A stretch of DNA of 64,000 bases from an uncultured Ruminococcus sp. (GCA_964466295.1 CAYXRC010000007.1:26786-90785), one strand, 5' to 3'. Numbered from the stretch's first letter, positions 28,905 to 39,888 are shown. Made by a program: numbers and translations. The notes: a model not told the origin generated them from the sequence alone.

Positions 28905-29762
28905 ATGGAAATTACGAACGCACAGCGTGCGTCAATACTGGTGCACGCACTTCCGTATATACAAGAGTACAGCGGAAAAATCGTGGTAATAAAATACGGC
29001 GGCAACGCCATGATAAACGAAAAGCTTAAGGACTCGGTAATGCGTGACATTGTGCTTTTATCCCTTATCGGAGTTAAGGTGGTACTGATTCACGGCGGCG
29101 GTCCCGAAATTACCCAGATGTTAGACAAGGTGGGCAAAAAAAGCGTTTTTTGTGACGGTCTTAGGGTAACGGACAAGGAAACTGTTGACATTGTTCAGAT
29201 GGTTTTAGCCGGAAAGGTTAATAAAAGTCTTGTCGGACTTATCGAAAATAAGGGCGGCAGCGCAATCGGGCTGTCGGGCATTGACGGACATATGATAGAA
29301 GTCAAAATGAAGGACGAGCGGCTGGGCTTTGTGGGCGATATTACCAAGGTCAACGTAAAGCCGATATTGGACGTGCTTGAAAAGGGCTACATACCCGTTG
29401 TTTCCACAATCGGTTGTGACAGCGAGGGAAATGCGTACAATATAAATGCCGATACCGCCGCCGCAAAAATTGCCGGCGAGCTTGGCGCCGAAAGCCTCAT
29501 TTCCATGACGGATATAAGCGGCATATTAAAGGATAAGGACGACCCTTCTACCTTAATTTCCGAAATAAGGATAAGCGAGGCGCCAGCTTTAGTCGAAGAG
29601 GGGATTATCTCGGGCGGTATGATACCTAAGGTGGAGTGTTGTATCAACGCCATAAAATGGGGCGTTCGCAGAGTGTTTATAATAGACGGCAGAATTCCCC
29701 ATTCAATTTTGATAGAAATGCTTACAAACGAAGGTATCGGTACCATGTTTATTGACGAGTGA
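28905..29762 (+). CDS. argB: acetylglutamate kinase
   Basis: The amino-acid-kinase fold has the N-terminal KYGG (VVIKYGGNAM) and HGGGP motifs. Confidence 0.92.
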   Translation: MEITNAQRASILVHALPYIQEYSGKIVVIKYGGNAMINEKLKDSVMRDIVLLSLIGVKVVLIHGGGPEITQMLDKVGKKSVFCDGLRVTDKETVDIVQMVLAGKVNKSLVGLIENKGGSAIGLSGIDGHMIEVKMKDERLGFVGDITKVNVKPILDVLEKGYIPVVSTIGCDSEGNAYNINADTAAAKIAGELGAESLISMTDISGILKDKDDPSTLISEIRISEAPALVEEGIISGGMIPKVECCINAIKWGVRRVFIIDGRIPHSILIEMLTNEGIGTMFIDE

Positions 29763-30934
29763 GGTTTAAAATGGATATAAAAGAACTGGATAAAAGCTAT
29801 ATAGCCCATACCTACGGGCGGTTTGACACTGCTCTGTGCCGAGGCGAGGGCTCGTTTATATGGGACGATAACGGGAAAAAATATATTGATATGGCCACGG
29901 GAATTGCGGTCAATACCTTCGGAATTGCAGACAAAGAGTGGATTGGCGCCGTAACGGCACAGCTTGGCAAATTGCAGCACACGTCAAACCTTTATTACAG
30001 TGAGCCCTGCGCTCTTTTGGCGAAAATGCTTTGCGAAAGAACGGGCTTTTCCAAGGTGTTTTTCTCAAACTCGGGTGCCGAGGCAAACGAATGTGCCATT
30101 AAGGCGGCGAGAAAATATTCCCAGGAGAAAAAGGGCAGGGAGTATTATAATATAATCACCTTAAAAAACAGCTTTCACGGCAGAACGGTAACTACCCTTG
30201 CGGCAACGGGACAGGAGGTTTTCCATAAGGACTTCACTCCTCTGACCGAGGGATTTTTATATGCCGAGCCTAACGATATAGAATCGGCAAAAAGGCTTAT
30301 CGAAAATAATAAATGCGCCGCCTTTATGCTGGAGGTCGTTCAGGGCGAGGGCGGAGTTAAGCCCCTTTCAAAGGAATATTTAAAGGAGCTTTATTCACTT
30401 TTAAAAGAAAACGATATTCTTATGATTTGCGACGAGGTGCAGACAGGAAACGGACGGACGGGCAAGCTTTACGGCTATATGAACTATGATATTATGCCGG
30501 ATATTGTGTCTACGGCAAAGGGACTTGGCGGAGGACTTCCCATCGGAGCCACCATGATGACCGAAGAGGTGGGAAAGGTTCTTGTTCCCGGAAGTCACGG
30601 CTCTACCTTCGGAGGTAATCCCGTATGTGCCGCCGGAGCGGTTAACATACTCTCACGCATAGACGATAAGCTTCTTTCGGGAGTGCAAAGAAAGTCTGAA
30701 TATATAAAAGGTGAGCTTTCGGGCGCAAGGGGCATAAAAAGCGTAACGGGGCTTGGACTTATGCTGGGCATTGAAACTTTTAAAAGCGCCGGCGAGGTAA
30801 TAGATGAATGTATGAAAAACGGCGTTTTGGTAATTAAGGCAAAGGAGAAGGTGCGCCTTCTTCCGGCTCTTAATATACCGGACGAGCTTTTACGCGAGGC
30901 GGTTTCTGTAATAAAAAAAGCGTGTGAAATTTAA
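29759..30934 (+). CDS. argD: acetylornithine aminotransferase
   Basis: A class-III PLP aminotransferase (ICDEVQTGNGRTGK; PLP Lys in TAKGLGGG). Confidence 0.92.
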   Translation: MRFKMDIKELDKSYIAHTYGRFDTALCRGEGSFIWDDNGKKYIDMATGIAVNTFGIADKEWIGAVTAQLGKLQHTSNLYYSEPCALLAKMLCERTGFSKVFFSNSGAEANECAIKAARKYSQEKKGREYYNIITLKNSFHGRTVTTLAATGQEVFHKDFTPLTEGFLYAEPNDIESAKRLIENNKCAAFMLEVVQGEGGVKPLSKEYLKELYSLLKENDILMICDEVQTGNGRTGKLYGYMNYDIMPDIVSTAKGLGGGLPIGATMMTEEVGKVLVPGSHGSTFGGNPVCAAGAVNILSRIDDKLLSGVQRKSEYIKGELSGARGIKSVTGLGLMLGIETFKSAGEVIDECMKNGVLVIKAKEKVRLLPALNIPDELLREAVSVIKKACEI

Positions 30935-30965
30935 AAGGGCGGTCTTTTGACCGCCCTTTTGTAAA
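30935..30965 (+). terminator. rho-independent terminator after argD
   Basis: AAAGGGCGGTC-TTTT-GACCGCCCTTTTG. Confidence 0.85.
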
Positions 30966-31105
30966 AAATACAGGTAAAAGTCTGTCTTCTTGGTATATAT
31001 TTGGTTAATAATTAAGCCTTGACTTTAAGCATATATAATGGTATAATGTTTATCACATTAGTGCGTTAGCACATTAGCGTGATGAAGTGAACGGGAGGAA
31101 AGCCG

Positions 31106-32212
31106 ATGATAGACGAGGCGGTATTAAAAAGCGAAGAGAAAGCGGTGCTTGCCCTTCGGGGTCTTTATAAAAAATACGGTTATCAGCCGTATAAGGTAAG
31201 CAAATTTGAGGAATACGAGCTTTATTTGAGAAATAAGGACTTTTTGGTAAGCGACAGGATAATAACCTTTAACGATACGGGCGGACAGCTTCTTGCCTTA
31301 AAGCCCGACGTTACCCTTTCCATAATAAAAACAGGAGAGGATATACAGGGCGTAAAGCAAAAGGTGTGCTACAACGAAAATGTATACAGGGTATCGGAAA
31401 GCACCAATCATTTTAAGGAAATAATGCAGGCAGGGCTTGAGTGCATAGGAGATATTGATATATACGACGTTTCGGAAGCCATAATTCTTGCCGCAAAAAG
31501 TCTGTCACTGCTTAAAGGCTCCTTTTTATTAGATGTTTCGCACCTTGGCATATTGTCCGCCATATTGGAGGAGATAAGCTCCGATGAGGGATTTTTAAAA
31601 GACGCAACGGCATACATCGCCGCTAAAAACGCCCATGATTTAAGGGCGCTTTGCGAAAAAGAGGGCGTTACGGGCGATAAAACCGAAAAGCTTTTAAGTC
31701 TTATAAAAATATACGGAAAAAGAAGCGAGGTTATAAAAAAGCTTGAGGCTATATGCTCTTCCGATAAGGCGAAAAAGGCGCTTTCAGAGCTTTCGGAGCT
31801 TTCGGCTCTTCTTGACGGCACTGAATTTTCCGATAAAATCTTTTTTGATTTTTCCGTGGTAAACGATATGAACTATTACAGCGGTATCGTGTTCAAGGGC
31901 TTTATTGACGGTATATGCGAGGGAATTTTATCCGGCGGCAGATACGACAAGCTTATGAAAAAGCTTGGCAGAAAGTCGGGAGCCGTAGGCTTTGCCATTT
32001 ATCTTGACCTTTTGGAGGGCTTAAATAAGATGAAAGAGCGAAGCGTGGATTATATAGTTTTATACGACGATAAAACCGATAAAAAGGATGTTTTAAAAGC
32101 GGTCAAAGGTGCGGCGGATGAAGGGAAAAGCGCAAGCGCTCAGAAAGCGCTGCCCTATGACTTAAAATACGGAGCAATAATTGATTTAAGAAAGGAGGCG
32201 CCGGAATGTTAA
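31106..32212 (+). CDS. hisZ: ATP phosphoribosyltransferase regulatory subunit (HisRS-like)
   Basis: A 368-aa class-II aaRS-like paralog immediately upstream of a short-form hisG. Confidence 0.85.
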   Translation: MIDEAVLKSEEKAVLALRGLYKKYGYQPYKVSKFEEYELYLRNKDFLVSDRIITFNDTGGQLLALKPDVTLSIIKTGEDIQGVKQKVCYNENVYRVSESTNHFKEIMQAGLECIGDIDIYDVSEAIILAAKSLSLLKGSFLLDVSHLGILSAILEEISSDEGFLKDATAYIAAKNAHDLRALCEKEGVTGDKTEKLLSLIKIYGKRSEVIKKLEAICSSDKAKKALSELSELSALLDGTEFSDKIFFDFSVVNDMNYYSGIVFKGFIDGICEGILSGGRYDKLMKKLGRKSGAVGFAIYLDLLEGLNKMKERSVDYIVLYDDKTDKKDVLKAVKGAADEGKSASAQKALPYDLKYGAIIDLRKEAPEC

Positions 32213-32829
32213 ATATCGCTTTGCCGAAGGGCAGGCTGGGAGAAAAGGTTTACACCATGTTTGAAAACGCAGGCTTTCCCTGTCCTTCTATTATGGAAAA
32301 GGGAAGGCGGCTGATATTTGAAAATCCCGAAAAAGGAGTAAGCTTTTTCTGGGTTAAGCCCTCCGACGTTTCCATATACGTGGAAAGGGGAGCGGCGGAT
32401 ATAGGCGTTGCCGGAAAGGACATTTTATTAGAGTACGAGCCTGACGTTTACGAGCTTTTAGATTTAGACATCGGTAAATGCCGCATGGCGGTTGCCGCTA
32501 AAGAGGATTTTTTTGACGACGGAGAAAAAACCTTAAAGGTTGCCACGAAATTTACAAATATCGCCTCCAAATACTATGCCGGACTGGGGCGTGATATAGA
32601 CATTATAAAGCTTAACGGCTCTATCGAGCTTGCACCCATACTGGGGCTTTCCGACGTTATAGTGGATATTGTGGAAACCGGAGCCACATTAAGAGAGAAC
32701 AACCTTAAGGTCGTTGAAACGGTAGTGCCCATAAGCGCACGGCTTATTGCCAACAAGGCTTCGTTTAAGTTTAAGAATAAGGAAACCGAAAAAATAGTTG
32801 AAGGCATGAGGAAAGAGGCGGAAAAATGA
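32206..32829 (+). CDS. hisG: ATP phosphoribosyltransferase (short form)
   Basis: A 207-aa product starting MLNIALPKGRL..., a short-form HisG. Confidence 0.92.
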   Translation: MLNIALPKGRLGEKVYTMFENAGFPCPSIMEKGRRLIFENPEKGVSFFWVKPSDVSIYVERGAADIGVAGKDILLEYEPDVYELLDLDIGKCRMAVAAKEDFFDDGEKTLKVATKFTNIASKYYAGLGRDIDIIKLNGSIELAPILGLSDVIVDIVETGATLRENNLKVVETVVPISARLIANKASFKFKNKETEKIVEGMRKEAEK

Positions 32830-34127
32830 TTAAAATTATAAAGTGCGGCGATATAAAAAACGAAAATATTTTTAAAAGAGAAACCACAAAATATGATGTT
32901 TCGGATACCGTAAGTGAAATTATTAAAACCGTACAGGAAAAAGGGGACGAAGCTCTTTTTTACTATGCCCGAAAGTTTGACGGCGCTGATCTTACCTCTC
33001 TTGAGGTTACAAAAGAGGAAATCGACGAGGCGGCAGACTCCGTAAGCAAGGAATTTTTGGATATATTATCCGAGGCGGCGGGAAATATCAGGCAATTTCA
33101 CCAAAATCAGGTGAGAACAAGCTTTATTATAAACGATAAGGACGGTGTGATAACCGGTCAGAAGGTTACTCCCATCGAAAGAGTAGGTCTATATGTTCCC
33201 GGCGGTACGGCGGCGTACCCCTCCACGGTTTTAATGGACAGCATACCGGCAAAAATAGCCGGCTGCGGTCAGATTGTTATAACAACTCCTCCGGGAAAGG
33301 ACGGCAAGGTAAATCCCGTTATTCTTGCGGCGGCAAAAATCGCCGGAGTGGACCGCATATTTAAAGTCGGCGGAGCGCAGGCGATAGCGGCGCTTGCCTA
33401 CGGAACGAAAACCGTTCCCAGGGTGGATAAAATAGTAGGCCCCGGCAACGCCTTTGTGTCGGAGGCAAAAAGACAGGTTTTCGGTCGTGTTTCCATAGAT
33501 ATGATAGCAGGTCCAAGCGAAATTTTAATTGTGGCGGATAAAGGCGCCAATCCCCGTTTTGCGGCGGCAGACCTATTATCTCAGGCAGAGCACGATAAAA
33601 TGGCGAGCGCGGTTTTAATATGCGACAGTGAGGAATTTGCTAAAAAAACAGCTATGGAGATAGAAAAACAGCTTCCCCTTTTAGAGCGTCGGGAAATAGC
33701 AAGAGAGTCCATTGACAATAACGGTAAAATCATAGTAGCAAAGGACAATCTTAATCTGGCAATGGATATTGCCAACGAAATTGCGCCGGAGCATTTGGAG
33801 CTTTGCGTGGAAAATCCCTTTGAATGGCTGGACAAGGTTAAAAACGCCGGCTCGGTATTTATGGGAAATAACTGCCCCGAGGCGCTGGGCGACTATTTTG
33901 CAGGACCCAATCACACGCTTCCCACAAGCGGAACGGCGAGATTTTCTTCGCCCCTCTCGGTGGACGATTTTGTGAAAAAGACCCAGTATACCTATTACAG
34001 CAAAAACGCACTTTCTAAGGTTTCAAAAAAGGTAGAGTATTTCGCTCTTAAGGAGGGACTCCATGCCCATGCAAAGAGCGCAGTTATACGGTTTGAAAAT
34101 GAAAATGGGACAGAGGAAGAAAAATGA
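32826..34127 (+). CDS. hisD: histidinol dehydrogenase
   Basis: A 433-aa HisD (NAD/Zn motifs; ...GPSEILI...AEHD...). Confidence 0.93.
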   Translation: MIKIIKCGDIKNENIFKRETTKYDVSDTVSEIIKTVQEKGDEALFYYARKFDGADLTSLEVTKEEIDEAADSVSKEFLDILSEAAGNIRQFHQNQVRTSFIINDKDGVITGQKVTPIERVGLYVPGGTAAYPSTVLMDSIPAKIAGCGQIVITTPPGKDGKVNPVILAAAKIAGVDRIFKVGGAQAIAALAYGTKTVPRVDKIVGPGNAFVSEAKRQVFGRVSIDMIAGPSEILIVADKGANPRFAAADLLSQAEHDKMASAVLICDSEEFAKKTAMEIEKQLPLLERREIARESIDNNGKIIVAKDNLNLAMDIANEIAPEHLELCVENPFEWLDKVKNAGSVFMGNNCPEALGDYFAGPNHTLPTSGTARFSSPLSVDDFVKKTQYTYYSKNALSKVSKKVEYFALKEGLHAHAKSAVIRFENENGTEEEK

Positions 34128-35188
34128 GCAGATTTTTTTCGTCAAAATATGATAATCTTACGCCCTATACGCCGGGCGAACAGCCGGTTGACAGGCGATA
34201 TATAAAGCTTAATACCAACGAATCGCCCTATCCGCCCCCTGAGCCTGTGAAAAAGGCGGCGGTGGACTCATCGGAAAATCTTAATCTTTACTGCGACCCC
34301 GAATGTACGGCTTTAAGGGAAAAGCTTTCCGGTGTATACGGTGTAAAAAAAGAGAAAATTATTGTCACAAACGGCTCGGACGAGGCGCTGGATTTTGCAT
34401 TTAAGTCGTTCTGCGATAAAAAAACGGGTGCGGCATTTTCCGACATCACCTACGGCTTTTACAGGGTTTTTGCCGAGGCGAACGGAGTTTCTTATAAGGA
34501 AATTCCATTAAAAGAGGATTTTTCCTTAGATATTTCGGATTATTTTAACATAGGAAAAACCGTATTTATTGCCAATCCAAACGCTCCGACGGGACTTTGT
34601 ATTCCCCTTTGCGATATTGAAAAAATCGTAAAAGAGAATAAAAACAATGTGGTTGTCATCGACGAGGCGTACATTGATTTCGGCGGCGAAAGCGCATTAG
34701 AGCTCACCGAGAAATACGACAATCTTTTAGTGGTACGAACCTTTTCAAAATCTCGCTCCATGGCAGGAGCACGCTTAGGCTTTGCCGTCGGAAGCGAGGA
34801 GTTAATCGGCGACCTTAATACCTTAAGATTTTCAGTAAATCCCTATAATGTCAACAGCATGACTCAAAAGACCGGCATTGCGGCTCTTTCGCAAGAGGAG
34901 TATTTTAAGAATAAGGCAGGCGAAATAATAAAGGAAAGAGAGCGCGCAAAGCGAGAGCTTTCAAAGATGGGCTTTTACACCTTGGACTCGTCGGCAAATT
35001 TCCTTTTCGCAAGGTCAGACAAAATAGGCGGAAAAGAGCTTTATTTAAGACTTAAGGAGAAAGGAATTTTGGTACGTCATTTTGACTCGGAAAGAATAAA
35101 AGAATTTAACAGAATAACCGTCGGCACAAGGGAGCAAATGGATGCTCTTTTCTCGGCGGTAAAAACCATATTGGAGGAACGGTTATGA
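34124..35188 (+). CDS. hisC: histidinol-phosphate aminotransferase
   Basis: A class II aminotransferase (LNTNESPYPP; PLP Lys in TFSKSRSMAG). Confidence 0.92.
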   Translation: MSRFFSSKYDNLTPYTPGEQPVDRRYIKLNTNESPYPPPEPVKKAAVDSSENLNLYCDPECTALREKLSGVYGVKKEKIIVTNGSDEALDFAFKSFCDKKTGAAFSDITYGFYRVFAEANGVSYKEIPLKEDFSLDISDYFNIGKTVFIANPNAPTGLCIPLCDIEKIVKENKNNVVVIDEAYIDFGGESALELTEKYDNLLVVRTFSKSRSMAGARLGFAVGSEELIGDLNTLRFSVNPYNVNSMTQKTGIAALSQEEYFKNKAGEIIKERERAKRELSKMGFYTLDSSANFLFARSDKIGGKELYLRLKEKGILVRHFDSERIKEFNRITVGTREQMDALFSAVKTILEERL

Positions 35189-35772
35189 GAGAAGCGCAAA
35201 TCAAAAGAAAAACAGCAGAAACCGACATCGAGCTTTCGCTTAATTTAGACGGAATCGGAAAATCTGAGTGTGATACGCTCTGCCCGTTTTTTGACCATAT
35301 GATGACGCTTTTTGCCCGTCACGGCAGATTCGATATTTCCCTTCGCTGCAAGGGGGATATAAAGGTGGACTATCATCACACTGTGGAGGACGTGGCAATA
35401 TGCTTAGGACAGGCGTTTAATAAGGCCCTCGGCGATAAGAGGGGGATAAACCGTTACGGTGACGCTCTTCTTCCCATGGACGAGGCTTTGGTATTGTCGG
35501 CGGCGGATATTTCCGGACGGGGCGGATATTATTCGGACGTTTCGGTGCCGACCGAAAAGGTGGGGGATTTTGACACGGAGCTTTTCAAAGAGTTTTTTAC
35601 GGCTTTTGCACGGGAAGCCGGAATTACTCTCCACATAAGGCTTTTGACAGGCGAAAACTCACATCATATAATAGAGGGTGCGTTTAAGTCTGTGGCAAGA
35701 AGCTTAAAGACGGCAGTTTCAATCCAAGAGGGCTATGAAAACGAAATTCCCTCCACGAAGGGAGTACTTTGA
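35185..35772 (+). CDS. hisB: imidazoleglycerol-phosphate dehydratase
   Basis: A 195-aa IGPD with two metal-binding His-rich half-domains (DHHHTVED; GENSHHIIE). Confidence 0.93.
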   Translation: MREAQIKRKTAETDIELSLNLDGIGKSECDTLCPFFDHMMTLFARHGRFDISLRCKGDIKVDYHHTVEDVAICLGQAFNKALGDKRGINRYGDALLPMDEALVLSAADISGRGGYYSDVSVPTEKVGDFDTELFKEFFTAFAREAGITLHIRLLTGENSHHIIEGAFKSVARSLKTAVSIQEGYENEIPSTKGVL

Positions 35773-36392
35773 TGATTGCGGTAATAGATTACGGCGTGGG
35801 AAATCTTTTTTCCCTCTGCTCCTCTCTTAAATTTATCGGCGAAGACGCAAAGATTACCGCAGATGTAAATGAAATAAAAAGCGCAGATAAGCTGATTTTA
35901 CCCGGCGTGGGAGCCTTTGCCGACGCAAAAAAGAAGTTAGACGATACGGGGCTTTCAGACCTTATTAAGGAAGAGGTAAAAAGAGGTAAGGAGATTTTGG
36001 GCATTTGCCTTGGCATGCAGCTTTTGTTTGAGGAAAGTCACGAGTTCGGCGTACACGAGGGGCTTGGACTTTTAAAGGGCAAGGTCGTTGCCATGGAGGG
36101 GAAAATTCCGGACAAGCTTAAAATTCCCCATATCGGCTGGAATTCACTTCACCTTGTCAAGGATAATCCCCTTTTGAAATATGTAAACGAGGGCGATTTT
36201 GTATATTTCGTTCATTCGTATTTTGCCAAGGACTGCCAAGAAAGTCTTATAGCCGAAACAACATACGGAATCCCCATGACTGCGGCGGCGTCCTTTGAGA
36301 ACGTTTCGGGCTGTCAGTTTCATCCGGAAAAAAGCGGCAAAACGGGACTTTCCATTCTTAAGGCGTTTTGCGAAAAGGAGGCTTTAAAATGA
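35769..36392 (+). CDS. hisH: imidazole glycerol phosphate synthase, glutaminase subunit
   Basis: A class I glutamine amidotransferase (GICLGMQ catalytic Cys; HPEKS). Confidence 0.93.
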   Translation: MMIAVIDYGVGNLFSLCSSLKFIGEDAKITADVNEIKSADKLILPGVGAFADAKKKLDDTGLSDLIKEEVKRGKEILGICLGMQLLFEESHEFGVHEGLGLLKGKVVAMEGKIPDKLKIPHIGWNSLHLVKDNPLLKYVNEGDFVYFVHSYFAKDCQESLIAETTYGIPMTAAASFENVSGCQFHPEKSGKTGLSILKAFCEKEALK

Positions 36393-37105
36393 TTATATTG
36401 CCGGCAATTGACCTTTACGGGAAAAAGGCGGTAAGGCTTTACAAGGGCGACTATGAGAAAATGACCGTTTACAGCGACTCGCCCTTAAAGGTCGCTTACG
36501 ATTTTGAAAGAAGCGGAGCCGAATACATTCATATTGTAGACCTTGAGGGTGCAAAGGACGGGACTACCCCCAATCTTTCGGTTGTTTCGGAAATTGCCGG
36601 TGCTACCAAGATGAAAATCGAGGTGGGCGGCGGAATCAGGAGCATAGAGGTCATCGAAAAATACTTAAATTCCGGAGCAGACAAAGTGATTTTGGGTACG
36701 GCCGCCGTAACCGACAGAACGTTTTTAACAGAAGCGGTAAAACGGTACGGACAGGCGGTTGCCGTGGGAGCGGACGTAAAGGACGGCTTTGTCGCCATAC
36801 GGGGCTGGAAGGAAAAAAGCGCCTTCACCCTTTCCGAGTTTATGAAGGATATAGAAAAGGTGGGGGTAAAGAACATAATCTGCACGGACATTTCAAAGGA
36901 CGGCGCAATGCAGGGAACAAATCTTTCCCTTTATAAGGAGCTTTCCGAAAAATATCAAATGGACATAACCGCCTCCGGCGGAATATCAGGAATAGAGGAC
37001 ATAGAGGCGTTAAAGAAAATGGGCATATACGGGGCGATAGTCGGAAAGGCATATTACGAGGGCGCCTTAGACCTCGCCCCTGCAATTGAGGTGGCAAGAT
37101 GTTAA
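36389..37105 (+). CDS. hisA: 1-(5-phosphoribosyl)-5-[(5-phosphoribosylamino)methylideneamino]imidazole-4-carboxamide isomerase
   Basis: The start is chosen at MIILPAIDL, preceded by AAGGAGG. It is a (beta/alpha)8 HisA. Confidence 0.9.
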   Translation: MIILPAIDLYGKKAVRLYKGDYEKMTVYSDSPLKVAYDFERSGAEYIHIVDLEGAKDGTTPNLSVVSEIAGATKMKIEVGGGIRSIEVIEKYLNSGADKVILGTAAVTDRTFLTEAVKRYGQAVAVGADVKDGFVAIRGWKEKSAFTLSEFMKDIEKVGVKNIICTDISKDGAMQGTNLSLYKELSEKYQMDITASGGISGIEDIEALKKMGIYGAIVGKAYYEGALDLAPAIEVARC

Positions 37106-37857
37106 CGAAAAGAATTATCCCCTGCCTTGACGTAAAGGATAAAAGAGTGGTAAAGGGTGTAAATTTTAAAGGTATATCGGACGTGTCGTCGCCCGTGGAT
37201 TTGGCTAAATATTATTCGGAAAGCGGCGCAGATGAGCTGGTTTTTTACGATATTACCGCATCCTTTGAAGAGAGGGAGCTTTTTACCGATATACTAAAAA
37301 AGGTTGCCGAAGAGATTTTTATCCCACTTACGGTGGGCGGCGGAATAAACAGCCTCGAGGATTTTGACAGGGTGTTAAAGTGCGGCGCCGACAAGGTAAG
37401 CGTAAACTCCGGCGCCATAAAAAATCCCGATTTAATAGGCGAGGCGGCGAAAAAATACGGAAGTCAGTGCGTGGTTATTTCCGCCGACGTAAAAAGGGTA
37501 GGCGGCGAATTTCACGTATTTTCAAAGGGCGGACGCATAGATACCGGCATGGAGGCAATATCCTGGATAAAAAGATGTACCGAAGAGGGCGCCGGCGAGG
37601 TAGTGGTAAATTCCATTGACACCGACGGCGTGAAAAAAGGCTTCGATATTGAGCTTTTGGATTTGGTGTTAAAGGCTGTCAAGGTGCCCGTTATCGCCTC
37701 CGGCGGAGCCGGCTCTGTCGAGGACTTTATAAAGCTATTTCACACTCTGCCCGATATAGACGCAGCTTTGGCGGCGTCGGTCTTTCACTTCGGAGAGATA
37801 AAAATTCCCGACCTTAAGGCAAGGCTTAAGGAAGAAAATATATTAGTGAGGTATTGA
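37099..37857 (+). CDS. hisF: imidazole glycerol phosphate synthase, cyclase subunit
   Basis: [10 protein letters not shown]...VKGVNF is the HisF signature. Confidence 0.93.
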   Translation: MLTKRIIPCLDVKDKRVVKGVNFKGISDVSSPVDLAKYYSESGADELVFYDITASFEERELFTDILKKVAEEIFIPLTVGGGINSLEDFDRVLKCGADKVSVNSGAIKNPDLIGEAAKKYGSQCVVISADVKRVGGEFHVFSKGGRIDTGMEAISWIKRCTEEGAGEVVVNSIDTDGVKKGFDIELLDLVLKAVKVPVIASGGAGSVEDFIKLFHTLPDIDAALAASVFHFGEIKIPDLKARLKEENILVRY

Positions 37858-37858
37858 T

Positions 37859-38509
37859 ATGATAGATATAAAGGAGCTTAAATTCAATAAACACGGACTT
37901 ATTCCGGCAATTGTTCAGGACGCAGTCACAAAAAGAGTGCTTACCTTGGCTTATATGAACGAGGAAAGCCTTAAAATATCCATGGAAAAGGGGCTGACCT
38001 GCTTTTACAGCCGCTCCCGTCAGGAGCTTTGGCTTAAGGGAGAAACCAGCGGAAACTATCAGCATATCGTTTCGATTACCGCAGACTGCGACAAGGACGC
38101 TCTTTTGATTACCGTTGAAAAGGACGGACCGGCATGCCATCTGGGAAACGACAGCTGCTTTGAAAATCCCCTTTGGCACAGCGATTCTAAAAATGAATTC
38201 AGCTTATATGGGCTTTACAGTCTTTTGGAGGGACGGAAAAAGGAACGCCCCGAGGGCTCTTACACCTCATATCTTTTCGACAAGGGACTTGACAAAATAT
38301 TAAAAAAGGTGGGAGAGGAAAGCACAGAGGTTATTATCGCCGGCAAGGCAGAGGACAAAAAGGAAACCGTTTATGAAATCGCCGATTTATTTTATCACGT
38401 AATGGTGCTTATGGTCGAGATGGGCATAAGCGTAAACGACGTTATGGCAGAGCTTGCCTCCCGTCATATCATTGACCACAAGGTTAAGCAGGAGAAAATG
38501 ACAAAATGA
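37859..38509 (+). CDS. hisI: bifunctional phosphoribosyl-AMP cyclohydrolase / phosphoribosyl-ATP pyrophosphatase
   Basis: The 216-aa product has a HisI domain N-terminally and a HisE (MazG-like) domain C-terminally. Confidence 0.9.
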   Translation: MIDIKELKFNKHGLIPAIVQDAVTKRVLTLAYMNEESLKISMEKGLTCFYSRSRQELWLKGETSGNYQHIVSITADCDKDALLITVEKDGPACHLGNDSCFENPLWHSDSKNEFSLYGLYSLLEGRKKERPEGSYTSYLFDKGLDKILKKVGEESTEVIIAGKAEDKKETVYEIADLFYHVMVLMVEMGISVNDVMAELASRHIIDHKVKQEKMTK

Positions 38510-39273
38510 CGGAGTCAAATTTCCACACGCACACTTCCTTCTGCGACGGAAAGGACACGCCGGAGGAGCTTATTAAAAAGGCTTTGGAAAAAGGGTGCAA
38601 AAAGATAGGCTTTTCAGGGCACTCCTACACGGCGTTTGACGAATCCTACTGCATGTCAAGGGAGGGCACTGACCTTTATAAAAAAGAGATTCGGGCTCTT
38701 AAAGAAAAGTACTCGGGGCAAATTGAAATCCTGCTCGGAGTGGAGCAGGACTATTTTTCTAAAGAGGAAACGTCAGATTACGACTATGTAATAGGCTCGG
38801 TGCACTATGTAAAAAAGGACGGACTGTTTTTCCCCATAGATTTGGATAAGGAAAGCTTTGTGAAAACGGTAAATGAGCATTACGGCGGCGACTTTTACGC
38901 TCTGTCGGAGGATTATTACGCTCTTTTATCTGAAATTTACGAAAAAACCAAATGCGGTATTATCGGTCATTTTGACCTTGTTACAAAATACAACGAGAAA
39001 AATAATCTTTTTGATACAAGAAATGAAAGATATATAAACGCCGCATATAAAGCCATAGACGCTCTTTGTGGTACAGGCGCGCTGATAGAAATAAATACCG
39101 GCGCCATTGCAAGGGGCTTAAGGGAGGAGCCGTATCCTGAAGAGCTTTTGAGAGAATATATGAATAAAAAGGGCTTTAAGTTTATAAAAAGCTCAGACTG
39201 TCACGATAAGGAAAAGCTTTTATTCGGATTTGAGAAGATAGGCTTCGGAAAGCTCGAAATGACGTCCCTTTGA
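38506..39273 (+). CDS. hisK: histidinol-phosphatase, PHP family
   Basis: The PHP-domain metal-binding motif ([11 protein letters not shown]...HSD) is present. It ends the his operon. Confidence 0.85.
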   Translation: MTESNFHTHTSFCDGKDTPEELIKKALEKGCKKIGFSGHSYTAFDESYCMSREGTDLYKKEIRALKEKYSGQIEILLGVEQDYFSKEETSDYDYVIGSVHYVKKDGLFFPIDLDKESFVKTVNEHYGGDFYALSEDYYALLSEIYEKTKCGIIGHFDLVTKYNEKNNLFDTRNERYINAAYKAIDALCGTGALIEINTGAIARGLREEPYPEELLREYMNKKGFKFIKSSDCHDKEKLLFGFEKIGFGKLEMTSL

Positions 39274-39879
39274 TTTTATTAGCCCCTCTCGCCGAAGGGA
39301 CGAAAGACAGCGTGCCATGGCGCTTCGCTCAAGGCACAGATAGTCGGCAAGCGCCGATTGAGTATAGGGAATGTCAAAGGACAGGGAATTGTTTTTCTTT
39401 GAAAAGCTTTCAAGAAACGCAAGAATTTTTTCTCTTGCGCTTCTTTTTTTTAATAAAGAAAGGTGAAGCCCCTCTTCGCTTATACGCTCTGAGGACATTC
39501 TGAATAGATTTGACAACACGGCGGTATGATAATAGCAGGCGTTTTGGCAGGGATGTATTATTTTCTGATAGTCGAAAAACAGCACCGTACAGTCGGAGTC
39601 GGCGAAAACCTCTACGGTATGTCCCAAAGGAGGAAAACCGAAAAGCTCTCCGAAGGCGGAGCCCTTTGAGTAAACGTCCTTGCGATACACGAAATCATTG
39701 TTGCTCTGCCGGATTAAAATTTTGCCGTCGGCAACAACGCCGACCTTTAATATACGGTCGGGATTGTATGTATATATGCTCTCACCCTGCATATAGTATT
39801 TTTCTTCGCAGTGCATACAATTTTTTATTTTTTCCGTATCAGAACGCGGAATCCCAGAAAATACCGATGTTTTAGCCAT
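39220..39879 (-). CDS. Crp/Fnr-family transcriptional regulator
   Basis: An N-terminal cNMP-binding beta-barrel and a C-terminal HTH (ERSAMARCLSSLRREGLIK). It is divergent from nrdDG. Confidence 0.8.
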   Translation of the reverse strand: MAKTSVFSGIPRSDTEKIKNCMHCEEKYYMQGESIYTYNPDRILKVGVVADGKILIRQSNNDFVYRKDVYSKGSAFGELFGFPPLGHTVEVFADSDCTVLFFDYQKIIHPCQNACYYHTAVLSNLFRMSSERISEEGLHLSLLKKRSAREKILAFLESFSKKNNSLSFDIPYTQSALADYLCLERSAMARCLSSLRREGLIKSKGRHFELSEAYLLKSE

Positions 39880-39888
39880 TTTTATACC

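Noticed and set aside
29387-29980. 197-aa antisense ORF spanning the argB/argD junction
   Set aside because: It is a shadow ORF opposite two well-supported arg genes. It has no RBS and a low-complexity translation.
37380-37619. Arg/Lys-rich 79-aa ORF ([18 protein letters not shown]...)
   Set aside because: It lies entirely inside hisF in an alternate frame. The composition is an artefact of the purine-rich hisF codons.
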